The position numbers and the translations under genes are program-made. A stretch of 64,000 nucleotides of DNA. Source: an uncultured virus (IMG/VR IMGVR_UViG_3300032397_003421). Its lineage: Duplodnaviria > Heunggongvirae > Uroviricota > Caudoviricetes. Location of the stretch: the IMG/VR virus record IMGVR_UViG_3300032397_003421. One strand, 5' to 3'. The notes below the pieces were generated by a model. It had not been told where the DNA came from, did not search any database, and saw only the letters and a program-made list of their open reading frames with translations. This document shows positions 19,199 to 29,633 of the stretch, in pieces (position 1 is the stretch's first letter; each line of letters opens with the position of its first letter).

Positions 19199-21151
19199 AT
19201 GGCGGATAAATTACATAAAGATAAAACTGTTTCTGACAGGTTAAAGAAGTTTTTTGGTTTTGGAATTACACCAACTGCTAATCAAATTCAAGATAAAATC
19301 CAATTATATAAAACTGTAAAAGGAATAGATAATAAAGGTAAATCTTATACTACATTAGAGAGAGAAAAATTAAGTCCTGATACGGATATGTTATTTAAGT
19401 ATTGGGTTACAGGATGTCATGATAATGCTCAAGAGTCTTGGGCTAATATGCAAAATGTTTACGATGATATGGACCTTTTATATTTTAATGCGGCTCAAAT
19501 TAGTAAATCGACAGAAATTTGGATAGATGAAATTTTGCAAGCGGACAGTAACAACCAAACAATGTTTGTTGAAGCTAAACAGAAAGTAAAAAAATATATT
19601 GAAAAATTTTTTGATGATATAAATCTTAATGAATTATTAAGACCAACAGTAGCAGATATTGTTCAATATGGTAATGCAGGATGGGTACTTGGATTTGATA
19701 ATAAAGGGATAAATGAAGTTAAGAGAATAAATATAAGATATCTTAAAGAAAGAATGGAATTTTCTCCTATTGACCTTCATGCTGCTTTAAAAGATGGAAC
19801 AAATAAAATACATGCCTATCGAAATTCTATAAATAGTATTAATGATTTAATTGATATGATACAAAATAAAGAAAATGAAGCTTCATATTTTAAAGAATAT
19901 TTATTAGGATTTATTGTTGAAGATAAAATATTACCTCCTTGGAAATTTTTACATTTTAGAAATTTAACAAATAAAAGTCCATTTGCTCCATTTGGTATTC
20001 CTACTTTTATACATGCAATGGCTCCATATAGACAATATGATGCAGCGATGGCATTACAAATGGTAGCTCGAGGAGCAATGTTTCCTAAATCTGTATATAA
20101 ATTAAAATTACCCAATATTGTAAGCCCAACAGAGAAGTTTGCTAAAGCAGCAGAATTTATGAATGAGATGTTAAATTCAGGGTTTGGATCTGCAAAGAAA
20201 GAACTTCCTGGTATTGGAGACGTAATTGTGACCATAGATGATTTATTTGATTATGAACAAATCTCTGCTGATATAGAACTTAAAGGAATAGATGATATTA
20301 AATTACTTAAAGATGATATATATGATGCATGCTTACTTCCTAGAAAACTTATAGACCCTAGTGATTCGGGATTTGGAGATTCAGGAGTAGCATATATAGA
20401 ACAATTTAAACCCTTTGCAAGAATGATTTATCGATTTCAATCCATACTTTTAAATAATATTTCTCAACTTATTAAAATACATTTAATGCATACAGGGGAT
20501 TTTGAGTTAGATGAAATAGAATTTTCTTTATCTATGCCTTATCCAGAAGCTCAAACAAACAATGATTTAATTTCTGCTCAAAGTTCATTACTTGATCTTG
20601 CTAATAATATTATAGGAGCAATAGAGGATAGAGTTACTGGTGGAGAAAAATTACCACCTGAACTTATTAAAACTATATATCATAAATTTCTACCTTATGA
20701 CGCTTCTACTGTAGATTTTTGGGTAGATGAAGCAGTAAAAGCTAAAGATAATGGAGAAACTATTTCAGATGAATCTGATGATTTTGATACAGAATTAAAT
20801 AATATTAATATAGATTCTGAAGAACCTGAAATAAATGAAGAAGGTAAATATAATTTAAAAGAAAGAAATATAAGATCAAGAAAAAGTTGGAGATTATTAG
20901 AAAGTAAAATTGGTAAGAAGAAACTTAAAGAGACTATTGAAGATATTTCATTTGAATGTTTTGTTAATTCATCGTTAAGAGATGGATCTTTAAAAGGTAG
21001 ACATTATTATACAAGTAAAAATAAATATACTGATTTTAATCTTAAAGAATTTGCAGAAATTAGAAAAAAAGGATTAAATAAATTAAAAGAAAAAAATAAA
21101 TCTTATGTTAATAGATTCGATGAATATAAAATAAATGTAGAAGAAGATTAA
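19199..21151 (+). CDS. portal protein (T4 gp20-like)
   Basis: DEILQAD, DIVQYGNAG, FLHFR...PFAPFGIP...A, IDDIKLLKDDIYDACLLPRKLI, FARMIYRFQ are typical portal segments. Confidence 0.85.
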   Translation: MADKLHKDKTVSDRLKKFFGFGITPTANQIQDKIQLYKTVKGIDNKGKSYTTLEREKLSPDTDMLFKYWVTGCHDNAQESWANMQNVYDDMDLLYFNAAQISKSTEIWIDEILQADSNNQTMFVEAKQKVKKYIEKFFDDINLNELLRPTVADIVQYGNAGWVLGFDNKGINEVKRINIRYLKERMEFSPIDLHAALKDGTNKIHAYRNSINSINDLIDMIQNKENEASYFKEYLLGFIVEDKILPPWKFLHFRNLTNKSPFAPFGIPTFIHAMAPYRQYDAAMALQMVARGAMFPKSVYKLKLPNIVSPTEKFAKAAEFMNEMLNSGFGSAKKELPGIGDVIVTIDDLFDYEQISADIELKGIDDIKLLKDDIYDACLLPRKLIDPSDSGFGDSGVAYIEQFKPFARMIYRFQSILLNNISQLIKIHLMHTGDFELDEIEFSLSMPYPEAQTNNDLISAQSSLLDLANNIIGAIEDRVTGGEKLPPELIKTIYHKFLPYDASTVDFWVDEAVKAKDNGETISDESDDFDTELNNINIDSEEPEINEEGKYNLKERNIRSRKSWRLLESKIGKKKLKETIEDISFECFVNSSLRDGSLKGRHYYTSKNKYTDFNLKEFAEIRKKGLNKLKEKNKSYVNRFDEYKINVEED

Positions 21152-21215
21152 AATATATAAAAAATAGTTTAATTTTTTAAATATTTTTTATATATTATAT
21201 ATAGGTAATTAAAAT

Positions 21216-21875
21216 ATGAAAAAATATATACCATATAAAATTGAAGAATCTAAGAATATTTATCAAAAAAAATTATTAAATAGTTCTTATATTATCAAAT
21301 TTAACGCATTAATTCGATTACAAGAAAAAGCATTATTTTTCAATAAAATTAGATATAAATTTTCTGAAACATTTCAAATGCCAGAAATTATAGATATGCT
21401 TAATGATTTAGAAAAAAATAATATAATAGAAGATTATGTAATTGGAGAAGCTACAGCTCTTTTATATTATTCTACTCCTCATCTAACAGATGATATTGAT
21501 GTTTTTATTAAAAAGAAACAAAAAGGAATTTTATTTAGTTTTACTGATCTATATGAATTTTTAAAAAATAAATATAAGGCAAAAGAAGAGGGTGAATTTT
21601 TAATTATAAAAGGTAATCCAATACAATTTTTAGTTTCTGGAGATAAACTTACTCAAGAAGCTTTTAATCATCCTAATAATGTACAGATAAGAGGTAAAAA
21701 ATTTAAGATATTTTCGTTAGAATATCTAATAGCTATTATGTTATTTTTAGGTAAATCTAAATATAGAGAAAGATTAAGAATTATAAAAGATGAAAATAGA
21801 TATAATGTGAATATATTAAATAATATTTTACATAATTATAGTTTATTAGAAAAATGGATTAAAATAGAAATATAA
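21216..21875 (+). CDS. nucleotidyltransferase-like protein with MKKY leader
   Basis: YVIGEATALLYY...LTDDIDVFI; SLEYLIAIML. Confidence 0.7.
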   Translation: MKKYIPYKIEESKNIYQKKLLNSSYIIKFNALIRLQEKALFFNKIRYKFSETFQMPEIIDMLNDLEKNNIIEDYVIGEATALLYYSTPHLTDDIDVFIKKKQKGILFSFTDLYEFLKNKYKAKEEGEFLIIKGNPIQFLVSGDKLTQEAFNHPNNVQIRGKKFKIFSLEYLIAIMLFLGKSKYRERLRIIKDENRYNVNILNNILHNYSLLEKWIKIEI

Positions 21876-21890
21876 TTAAGAGGAATATAG

Positions 21891-22025
21891 ATGGAACAAT
21901 TAGTTGAAGTAGATGGACAACAAATAACAAAAGAACAATTAGAAGAAATGTTGAAAGATTCTAATATACGACTTAAAGAAGTAGAACCTGGTAAATATAA
22001 AAAATTAGAAAAATTATTAGGGTAA
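21891..22025 (+). CDS. small 44-aa phage protein (MEQLVEVDGQQ...LKEVEPGKYKKLEKLLG)
   Basis: Manually translated; GAGG RBS. Confidence 0.6.
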   Translation: MEQLVEVDGQQITKEQLEEMLKDSNIRLKEVEPGKYKKLEKLLG

Positions 22026-22043
22026 AAATATAAGGAGTAATAC

Positions 22044-22406
22044 ATGATTTTTTCTGAACAAGAAAAGCAAGCATTTTCTAAAATAGTAGCTTTATCATCT
22101 AAAGATCAAGGGACAGTCCGTGATGTGCTCTTCGCTATATTAACTTATGCAACAATAGACGCTTTTAATCAAGAAGAAAATGAAATTATTATTCCATATT
22201 TGTGTTCTTTAAAACTAAAATATATAGAACAAGTAAATGAAAAAGGAATAGAATCTAATATTAATATAACTGCAGAACCTTCTGTAATACTTCTTAGAGA
22301 ATTTGTATCTATAAAAAACAACGAAGAACATACTACTAAAAAATATTATAAACGACAAATTAGATTATATTTTAAAAATTTATTAAAAATAGATATTGAA
22401 GAATAA
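22044..22406 (+). CDS. possible HU/IHF-like DNA-binding protein
   Basis: Two helices, then EIIIPYLCSLKL and ITAEPSVILL resembling HU topology. Confidence 0.4.
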   Translation: MIFSEQEKQAFSKIVALSSKDQGTVRDVLFAILTYATIDAFNQEENEIIIPYLCSLKLKYIEQVNEKGIESNINITAEPSVILLREFVSIKNNEEHTTKKYYKRQIRLYFKNLLKIDIEE

Positions 22407-22567
22407 ATAGAATTATTAAATAGAAATAGAATTTTTATGAAATATTATTATTATCAAGACATCTCATTAGAAGATATTTATATAATTTGGAATAAATTTT
22501 TTAATCATTATACTTTTGCATTTTATGTGGCAATTATAAAATTTAAATTTTTTGTAAGGATTATTTA

Positions 22568-22972
22568 ATGGATTGGATAATTTTATTTCAAAATAAAAAT
22601 GATAGAGTTATATTTGTTTCTTCTTTAAATCCTAATGAAAGAGATTCATTATCTTATTATCAATTTTTTGAATTTATAAATAAAGAATTCAATATACATA
22701 ATTTTTTAGAATTTAAAAATCAACTTGATAGATTTAAAGTTATATACTTATTACGAAGTGGTTTATGGGAAATAATACAACTTGAAGAACAAGAAGCAAC
22801 TTTTGAAGAATTATATAAAATAAATGGAGATAGTAAAGAACAAGAAGAAAAATCAATTACTGAAAAAACTGTTGATAAATCTAAAATATTTTTAAATAAA
22901 ATTTTTGATTTTAGAAAAAAGGAGTTTAATTATGGTATTAGGAAAAATAATTCTTTTATTAATAAAAAATAA
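22568..22972 (+). CDS. hypothetical protein
   Basis: ORF with AAGGA RBS. Confidence 0.65.
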   Translation: MDWIILFQNKNDRVIFVSSLNPNERDSLSYYQFFEFINKEFNIHNFLEFKNQLDRFKVIYLLRSGLWEIIQLEEQEATFEELYKINGDSKEQEEKSITEKTVDKSKIFLNKIFDFRKKEFNYGIRKNNSFINKK

Positions 22973-22990
22973 AATTGGAGAAATAATTAT

Positions 22991-23236
22991 ATGAGTTTAA
23001 CTTTAGAAATTGATGATACTTTTGAACAAGTATTTGAATTTGAAACTTTTGAAATTGTACTATCAAAAAATGGTAATTATCTTTTATGCGATGCAGGTTT
23101 TTTTCCAATAGAGGGATTAGAAAGTTTTAAATTAATTAGTGAACAATATATAATTTTAAATACTGATGGTGATACTTTTTTTATTTCTGAGGAAGAGTTT
23201 GAAAAAATAAAAGAAATATATATTAAACATATGTAG
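22991..23236 (+). CDS. hypothetical protein
   Basis: ORF with GGAG RBS. Confidence 0.65.
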   Translation: MSLTLEIDDTFEQVFEFETFEIVLSKNGNYLLCDAGFFPIEGLESFKLISEQYIILNTDGDTFFISEEEFEKIKEIYIKHM

Positions 23237-23297
23237 TTTATCATTAATAATTTTATCTATAAGGATAAAAAAATTTTAAATAAGGAGAAAAATATAA

Positions 23298-24220
23298 ATG
23301 AAAAAAATTAAAAAATTAACTAAAAAACAAGAAGTACAATTAGAAGTCTACAAAAATAAATGGTTAGAAATTGGTCTATCGACTAAACAACCCTCTTTTG
23401 ATAGAACAAAAGAAATTATTGATAATGTTTATATTCATCTATTAGAAAAACCAGTAGTTCCTGTAGTAGTATTGGATAATCCTTATGATACTTGGGTAGC
23501 AGTATGCATTTATGTGTTAGAACAAAATCAAGTTATGAATCAAGTTATGAATCAAGTTGAAAATCAAGTTTGGGATCAAAAAGAACTATTAAATTTTGTT
23601 TATTCTTACTTAGATGGAAATTTAATATCAGGGTATTTTTCGTTCTATGATTTTTGTTTGACGGAATTAAATATAGATTTAGATATTAAATTTAAAAATA
23701 ATTTCAATGTTTATAAAGATACTTCTGAGTTATCTTTAATCTATCCTTTTGATGATATTTGTTTTATATGTTCTAAGCCAATAGAAATACATTTTAATGA
23801 AAATAAAGTTTTGCATAATTCTAATGGAGCAAGTATTAAATATAAAAATGGATTTGAATTATATCATCTTAATGGAGTAAAAGTAACAAAAGAAATTGTA
23901 AAAATTAAACCAGAAAAAATTACAGTTAATATGATTCTACAAGAACAAAATGTAGAAGTACGGCGAGAGCTTTTAAGAAAATTAGGTATAGATAGAAACT
24001 TAAAACTAAGCCAACTAATATTTCAAAAGATGGAGTATATAAACTTTACAAGATTAAAATTGGAAATGATGTTGATGCTACTTATCTTAAAATGTTAAAT
24101 CCTTCATTAAAAGATACTTATCATTTTGAAGGAGTAGTCAATAGTTGTAATACGGTAGAAGAAGCACTTGCTTGGAGAGATTCAGAAGATATATATATAA
24201 AACCAGTAAAGTTAACATAA
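23298..24220 (+). pseudogene. DUF6745-like protein, frameshifted near 23995
   Basis: LHNSNGASIKYKNGF.LYHLNGV..NVEVRR in the first frame; expected C-terminus YLKMLNPS...HFEGV...TVEEALAWR...PVKLT* lies in another frame ending 24220. Confidence 0.75.
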
Positions 24221-24385
24221 AGGAGCATAATTATGGGAATTGTACCACCTAAAATACCTAAAATACTAAGAATTATAGAATTTAATGAATATACTGATAC
24301 TGAGGTTTGTGAATATTGTTCAACTATTAAATTACAAAATAAGATTTGTAAAAATTGTGGTAGTAAATAAAAAGGGAGAAGAAAA

Positions 24386-24700
24386 ATGAAAAAATATCAG
24401 CAGGGTGATTTAATCTTAAAAGAAAGTAAAGTTGCTAAAAAAGATTATGGTAAAAAACTTAATCATTTGATATTACAACAATCAGATGTAAGTAATCATA
24501 AACATCAAATAACTAAGGGAACTGCCATACTTTATTCTACACAAAAAATAGATGAATTTTATCTTGACGTTACTTCAGAGAAAGCCGTACTGGTGCATGA
24601 AGAACATACTTCAATAACTATTCCTAAAGGTAAATATTTTGTATATGGAGTAAGAGAATTTGATCCATTTGAAGATGTTATAAGAAGAGTAAGAGATTAG
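24386..24700 (+). CDS. conserved phage protein usually paired with DUF6745
   Basis: YQQGDL...HKH...HEEH..I.IPKGKY...REFDPF. Confidence 0.75.
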   Translation: MKKYQQGDLILKESKVAKKDYGKKLNHLILQQSDVSNHKHQITKGTAILYSTQKIDEFYLDVTSEKAVLVHEEHTSITIPKGKYFVYGVREFDPFEDVIRRVRD

Positions 24701-24982
24701 ATGGAAAACTGGAATTGTGTAGATATTATATATTCTGAAATACCAGGAACTGAAGTAACAATTAACGGAGTTGAATTAAAATTTATAAGTTTTGACATAC
24801 CTATAGAAGATATATATGAAAAAATAACTATAAATCCTGTAGATTTTTCTGGAGAGTTTAGATGTACTTCCGATAATACTAAGTTATTAAAAAAATTATT
24901 TTTAAAGCTTCCAAGAAAATTAAAGAAAAAATTACATGGAACAAGAGATTCAAGGAGAAGAAATAAAATAAATTATGTTTGA
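24701..24982 (+). CDS. hypothetical protein
   Basis: ORF coupled to both neighbours. Confidence 0.55.
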   Translation: MENWNCVDIIYSEIPGTEVTINGVELKFISFDIPIEDIYEKITINPVDFSGEFRCTSDNTKLLKKLFLKLPRKLKKKLHGTRDSRRRNKINYV

Positions 24983-26054
24983 TAATTTCAATAAAAATAT
25001 TGATATAATTTCTGCATTAAATACTTTAAATATAAAACATCAAAATAAACCAAATTCTAAAGGATGGATTGATATTATCTGTCCTTTACATAATGATCAT
25101 TCTTTTGGTAATGCTTCTATTAATATTAATAGTGGTGTTATTTCTTGTTTTAAATGTGGTCAATCAAAAAATATATCTTTTTTATTAAAGGAAAGAAATA
25201 GTAATTATATTTATACTCCTCAAATTTTAATACAACCAAAAATAAAAAAACAAATACAAAATTCTAGTATAAATAAAGATCTAATTTATAACTTTATACA
25301 TAAAGAAATAGATAAACCAGAAGATTTTTATTATTTAAAACAAAGGGGATTTACAAAAGAATTTTGTAAAGAATTTAAAATAGTTCGGAGTTTTACAGAT
25401 CCATACTGTGATTATTTTGCTTTTCCTATTATAGATTCTAATAAAAGCATATGTCTTACAGAGTTTAGAAAACTTATGCAAATAGAATATTTACAAACTT
25501 ACTATAATTCTTGTTCTTTATCTTATGAACAATTAAATGAAGATTTTAAACAGCATTGTAAAGATAATAATATTCATATTACCAATTATAAACTGTATAA
25601 AGGAAATGAGATAATAATAGATAAAGTATTATTTTATCTTTTAGATAAGAAAGTTAAATATGAATCAGGATCAAGAATAAAAGAAACAATTTTTAATATA
25701 GATAATTTAAATTATAATGAAATTTTGTGGCTTGTAGAAGGGATAGGTTCAATTCCAAAAATTTGGAATAATATTTCTAAAAATGTAACATGCACTTTTG
25801 GTTCACAAATAAGTTTAGATCAAATTATTTATTTAAAAAAATTCAAACAAGTAAATTTAGTTGTTGATCAAGATGAAGCCGGAGTAAAGATGGTAATAAA
25901 ATTGAGAGGTGAATTAAAAAATTTTTTCATAATTGATATTTTATACGAAGATACAGATGAAGAATATGTTAATGCTATTAAAAACTGTAAATTAAAACTA
26001 CAAGAGGAATTTTTAGCAAAAAGTATTTTAAAATATGGTAAAACTTTATTTTAG
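24975..26054 (+). CDS. DNA primase (CHC2 zinc finger + TOPRIM)
   Basis: CPLHND...CFKC; YLKQRG; LVEG; VDQDEAG. Confidence 0.85.
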   Translation: MFDNFNKNIDIISALNTLNIKHQNKPNSKGWIDIICPLHNDHSFGNASININSGVISCFKCGQSKNISFLLKERNSNYIYTPQILIQPKIKKQIQNSSINKDLIYNFIHKEIDKPEDFYYLKQRGFTKEFCKEFKIVRSFTDPYCDYFAFPIIDSNKSICLTEFRKLMQIEYLQTYYNSCSLSYEQLNEDFKQHCKDNNIHITNYKLYKGNEIIIDKVLFYLLDKKVKYESGSRIKETIFNIDNLNYNEILWLVEGIGSIPKIWNNISKNVTCTFGSQISLDQIIYLKKFKQVNLVVDQDEAGVKMVIKLRGELKNFFIIDILYEDTDEEYVNAIKNCKLKLQEEFLAKSILKYGKTLF

Positions 26055-26245
26055 CCCATAGTATCTTTTTCTAAAAAATTCTAAAATTTTATAGTTCCCT
26101 ATTAGTAATAAAAAAAACAATCAATATTCATAATAAAACAAAGCAAGAAATCCATAAAGTCTTCAGTTTCATAGCAATTCACTAAGAAAGAATATTAAAA
26201 AATAAATTACTAATAATTAAAATAAGTTATTAGGCATATAAATAA

Positions 26246-26698
26246 ATGAAATTTATAGAAGTAGAAACATCATCTTATTCATTTAATCCCATTCACGATT
26301 ATGGGTTAGATACCCCTTTTTTAACAGCTGGTAAAATATTAATAAGAGATTTGGGTCTTGAAAAATTTGGTAAAAATATTTTTATACAAAAAGTTATTGG
26401 TAGTGCTCTTCCTATTTATATAATTACTTATAATAGTAAATATCCTAATGTAGCTTTATCAGCCTCAAAAGTAAAAAAATTAAAATTTACTTGGATTGGT
26501 AAAATAAAAAGAAAAGCAATACATACATATGTTAAACCAGTTAAACTTACACCCCCTTTATATTTAGATTCTGCTATGGTTACTATGACATCAGGAAGTC
26601 TAGTAATTTTTCGTGACCTCGCTGGAGAATATTTAAGAAATTATAAAATGTTTTCATATACAGATACAATCTTAGACCATAAGGTGAATGGAATATAA
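26246..26698 (+). CDS. hypothetical protein
   Basis: ORF preceded by TACTAATA. Confidence 0.6.
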   Translation: MKFIEVETSSYSFNPIHDYGLDTPFLTAGKILIRDLGLEKFGKNIFIQKVIGSALPIYIITYNSKYPNVALSASKVKKLKFTWIGKIKRKAIHTYVKPVKLTPPLYLDSAMVTMTSGSLVIFRDLAGEYLRNYKMFSYTDTILDHKVNGI

Positions 26699-26848
26699 AA
26701 AATAAATAAGAGGTATATAATTATGATATGTAAAAGATGTAAAAATGGAATATATCTAAAAGAGAATTATTTTTACAAGGATAGATATATAATTATATAT
26801 AAATGTAGTGTATGTGAAAATATAATTAAACTTAAATAAAGGATAAAA

Positions 26849-27187
26849 ATGGAATCAAAAAAAATAGATACTACATTAATCTTATATTTAAAAGGAAGAT
26901 TAGATGCTTATTTATCTAAAACAGTAGAAAAAGAAATTAATGAATTTATTAATATAGAAACATCCTGTAATTTTATATTTAATTTAAAAGATGTTGAATA
27001 CTTAAGTAGTTCAGGTCTTAGAATTTTTGTTTCAACAACAAGAATTCTTAAAGAAAATAAAAGAATATTAGTTCTTTGTAATATGAATAAGGCAGTTCAT
27101 AATATATTTAGAATAGTTGAATTATTAGATATGTTTAATATTTTTAATACTGAAAAAGAAGCAATAGATTTTTTAAGAAAAAAATAG
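26849..27187 (+). CDS. STAS-domain anti-sigma-factor antagonist (RsbV/SpoIIAA-like)
   Basis: LKGRLD, NLKDVEYLSSSGLRIFV, LCNMN..V..IF.IVEL...F.IF.TEKEA. Confidence 0.9.
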   Translation: MESKKIDTTLILYLKGRLDAYLSKTVEKEINEFINIETSCNFIFNLKDVEYLSSSGLRIFVSTTRILKENKRILVLCNMNKAVHNIFRIVELLDMFNIFNTEKEAIDFLRKK

Positions 27188-27203
27188 AGAGAGAATAAAT
27201 AAG

Positions 27204-27638
27204 ATGAAATTATATGAAAGTGCTTTTAGTAGAACAGATAAAATATTAAATTGTGCAATTGGATCAAAAAAATATGAAGTAGATTTAACTGAAAATATAA
27301 AAGAGTATACTCATTTATTTGGGCCAAAACTTATAAATATAGAAAAAGTATTTGGAAAACAACTTAAATTAAAAGGTGGACCTAATCATGCTGAGTATTC
27401 TTTTAAGGGGGTTATACCTATAACCCCAGAAGGACTTTTAGCAACTGCTTATCAATTAACAGGAGATAAAATATTTAAATCTTTAAATTCTGTAATAATT
27501 ACAATATTTGGAAAAGTACAAGGTTCTTTTGATTATTGGGTAGAAGTTCCAGATTATAATCATACAGATATAGAAATAGATTTTACTTATTTATACCCCG
27601 ATACTCTTGAGATTCAAATTGATATAGTGGCAGATTAA
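27204..27638 (+). CDS. hypothetical protein with short leader (MKLYE)
   Basis: ORF in track. Confidence 0.6.
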   Translation: MKLYESAFSRTDKILNCAIGSKKYEVDLTENIKEYTHLFGPKLINIEKVFGKQLKLKGGPNHAEYSFKGVIPITPEGLLATAYQLTGDKIFKSLNSVIITIFGKVQGSFDYWVEVPDYNHTDIEIDFTYLYPDTLEIQIDIVAD

Positions 27639-27715
27639 GATGAAAAGATATAATTCTATAAAATTACAAAAAGAAAAGTACAATTAAAAAATATTTCAGA
27701 TAAAGGTAAATAATT

Positions 27716-27871
27716 ATGCCTGCTGCTAGTCATAAACAACAAAAATACATTTATTTTCTTAGAGGAAAATATAAAACTAAAACAGATACTCCAGAAAAAT
27801 TTAAATGGATATGGGATGAGGGGTATTCAAAAATAAAAGAAAGATATACTCCTTTTAATTTTAAAAAATAA
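27716..27871 (+). CDS. small 51-aa protein with DUF3008-like N-terminus (MPAASHKQQKY)
   Basis: Manually translated; AAGGT RBS. Confidence 0.55.
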   Translation: MPAASHKQQKYIYFLRGKYKTKTDTPEKFKWIWDEGYSKIKERYTPFNFKK

Positions 27872-27872
27872 T

Positions 27873-28076
27873 GTGAATCTAAGTTCTAATACTCAGTATA
27901 TAATTCGTAAATATATTAAAAATAATAAATATAGCATAATTCTTAAAACATTTAAAATTTCTTTCACAGATACTATAGATATAATTATATTATTACAAGA
28001 AGAATATACAAAGACTACAGATGAAAATATTAAAAAAGCTATAGATGAATTAAGAAAAGAAAGGTTCAAGAAATGA
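27873..28076 (+). CDS. hypothetical protein
   Basis: ORF coupled to 28073. Confidence 0.45.
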   Translation: MNLSSNTQYIIRKYIKNNKYSIILKTFKISFTDTIDIIILLQEEYTKTTDENIKKAIDELRKERFKK

Positions 28077-29182
28077 AAAGATATAAAGTTTATTTTAAAG
28101 AGAATTCGCATCCTATTATATTTCATCCTTTTAAAGCTTGGTATTTTCCAGATAAAGATGAATTTGTTAAATTTAATGCAAATAAAGATCATCTTAATTA
28201 TGTTAAATCTATGTATCAAGCATACAATGAAGGTGCTATTAGATTTTATATAAGTCCTATTGAAGTAGTTATAGAAACACTTCAACAACCTGATAATAAT
28301 TTATATTTTAAAGTTATAAAATTATTATCAAAAAATATGGAAGATTTTAATAAAGTTAAAACTATCATATGGGATTCAATTAAAGACAGAAAAACAAAAA
28401 TATTTAAAATAAAAAAATCTATTGAAATTCCTCTTGAAAAAGGTAATCATTTTAAATATGGAAAATTTAAAAATAAAGATGCTATATATGATAGTAATTA
28501 TATAAATGAAAAAGGAGATCTTATCATAATTACTGATACAGGTAAGGAAATCCCCGCTTGTAAAATAAGACTAATACAGGAAAATATTTTAGAAGAAGAT
28601 TTACGATTATCTGATCTTACTAAGCATGCTGGAGTATCTGATCTTACTAGAATTTTTATGAAAGATAGACAAAAAATAAAAGGTGCTGGTAATATATCTG
28701 CAAAATTAGTCAAAATGAAAGTTAACAAAAAGAAAGGCTGGGTAACATTTGTATTCTTATCTGAGCCTACTTATACATTTGATACTCAGATAGTAAAACT
28801 AAAAACTTCTGATAAGAGTATGAGGAAAGATAATCTATATACACAAGAAATTAGAATTTTGGATATATTTTCTTTATTAAAATCAAATCCAGAATTTAAA
28901 TCATTTAAAGATGTAACTATTGAGGAGATAAAAAAAGTTTTAAAGAATGCTGATGTTCAAGTAAGTTGTGATGATCCTAGTTTTTGGTGGCAAGGGGATG
29001 CATGGACACTTACCCAATTTGATGCTTCTATAATTCCTTGTGAAATTGAACCTAAACACTGGGGGAAATTTCATAATTATGGGGATAATTTTTTATGTAA
29101 GCATTTGAGTTTAATTTTTAATTCCATAGATTTTTACATTCCTATTATGGCAAGAATGATTTATAAATATTTAAATAGATAA
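28073..29182 (+). CDS. multi-domain MKRY-leader protein with C-terminal SWIM-like Zn motif
   Basis: VSCDDPSF...LCKHL; internal IQE/LEE candidate cleavage sites. Confidence 0.65.
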   Translation: MKRYKVYFKENSHPIIFHPFKAWYFPDKDEFVKFNANKDHLNYVKSMYQAYNEGAIRFYISPIEVVIETLQQPDNNLYFKVIKLLSKNMEDFNKVKTIIWDSIKDRKTKIFKIKKSIEIPLEKGNHFKYGKFKNKDAIYDSNYINEKGDLIIITDTGKEIPACKIRLIQENILEEDLRLSDLTKHAGVSDLTRIFMKDRQKIKGAGNISAKLVKMKVNKKKGWVTFVFLSEPTYTFDTQIVKLKTSDKSMRKDNLYTQEIRILDIFSLLKSNPEFKSFKDVTIEEIKKVLKNADVQVSCDDPSFWWQGDAWTLTQFDASIIPCEIEPKHWGKFHNYGDNFLCKHLSLIFNSIDFYIPIMARMIYKYLNR

Positions 29183-29260
29183 TTTTAAAACATAGATAGG
29201 ATTGCACTCCGAAAAGTAAATAGATATCACCTTTATTTATCTTCTATGTTTTAAAATTAT
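29179..29260 (+). ncRNA. structured RNA motif copy 1 (possibly c4-2-like)
   Basis: 18-bp perfect closing stem enclosing GGATTGCACTCC-GAAAAG and a second hairpin; similar to 61558-61625. Confidence 0.45.
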
Positions 29261-29582
29261 TCTATACCATTATTATTTTCAGAAAATATTGTTCAAAAAT
29301 ATCAATTAGAAAATAAAATAAAAACTAAATATAAAAATGGATTTTGGGATAAAAAAATTGTTTATCCTGCAGATTTTAATTCTTTTGGATGGACTTTATT
29401 TTGGAAATTATATAAAAATTATATTAATAAAGATTTTTCTCTTATTTCAAAAGAAATTTTTGAATCTCTTAAAACAATCTTACCAGAAATAGCGTTAGGT
29501 ATTAATTATATTAAAAACGAGGAAAAGAAAATATTTATAGAAAATTATCCAACATAAAAATACTATAATTATTTAACAAAAT

Positions 29583-29612
29583 AGAAAACCACTCAATTAA
29601 GAGTGGTTTTCT
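29583..29612. terminator. intrinsic terminator after the major capsid gene
   Basis: AGAAAACCACTC / GAGTGGTTTTCT. Confidence 0.75.
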
Positions 29613-29633
29613 TTTGTCTAAATTTATTCTAAA

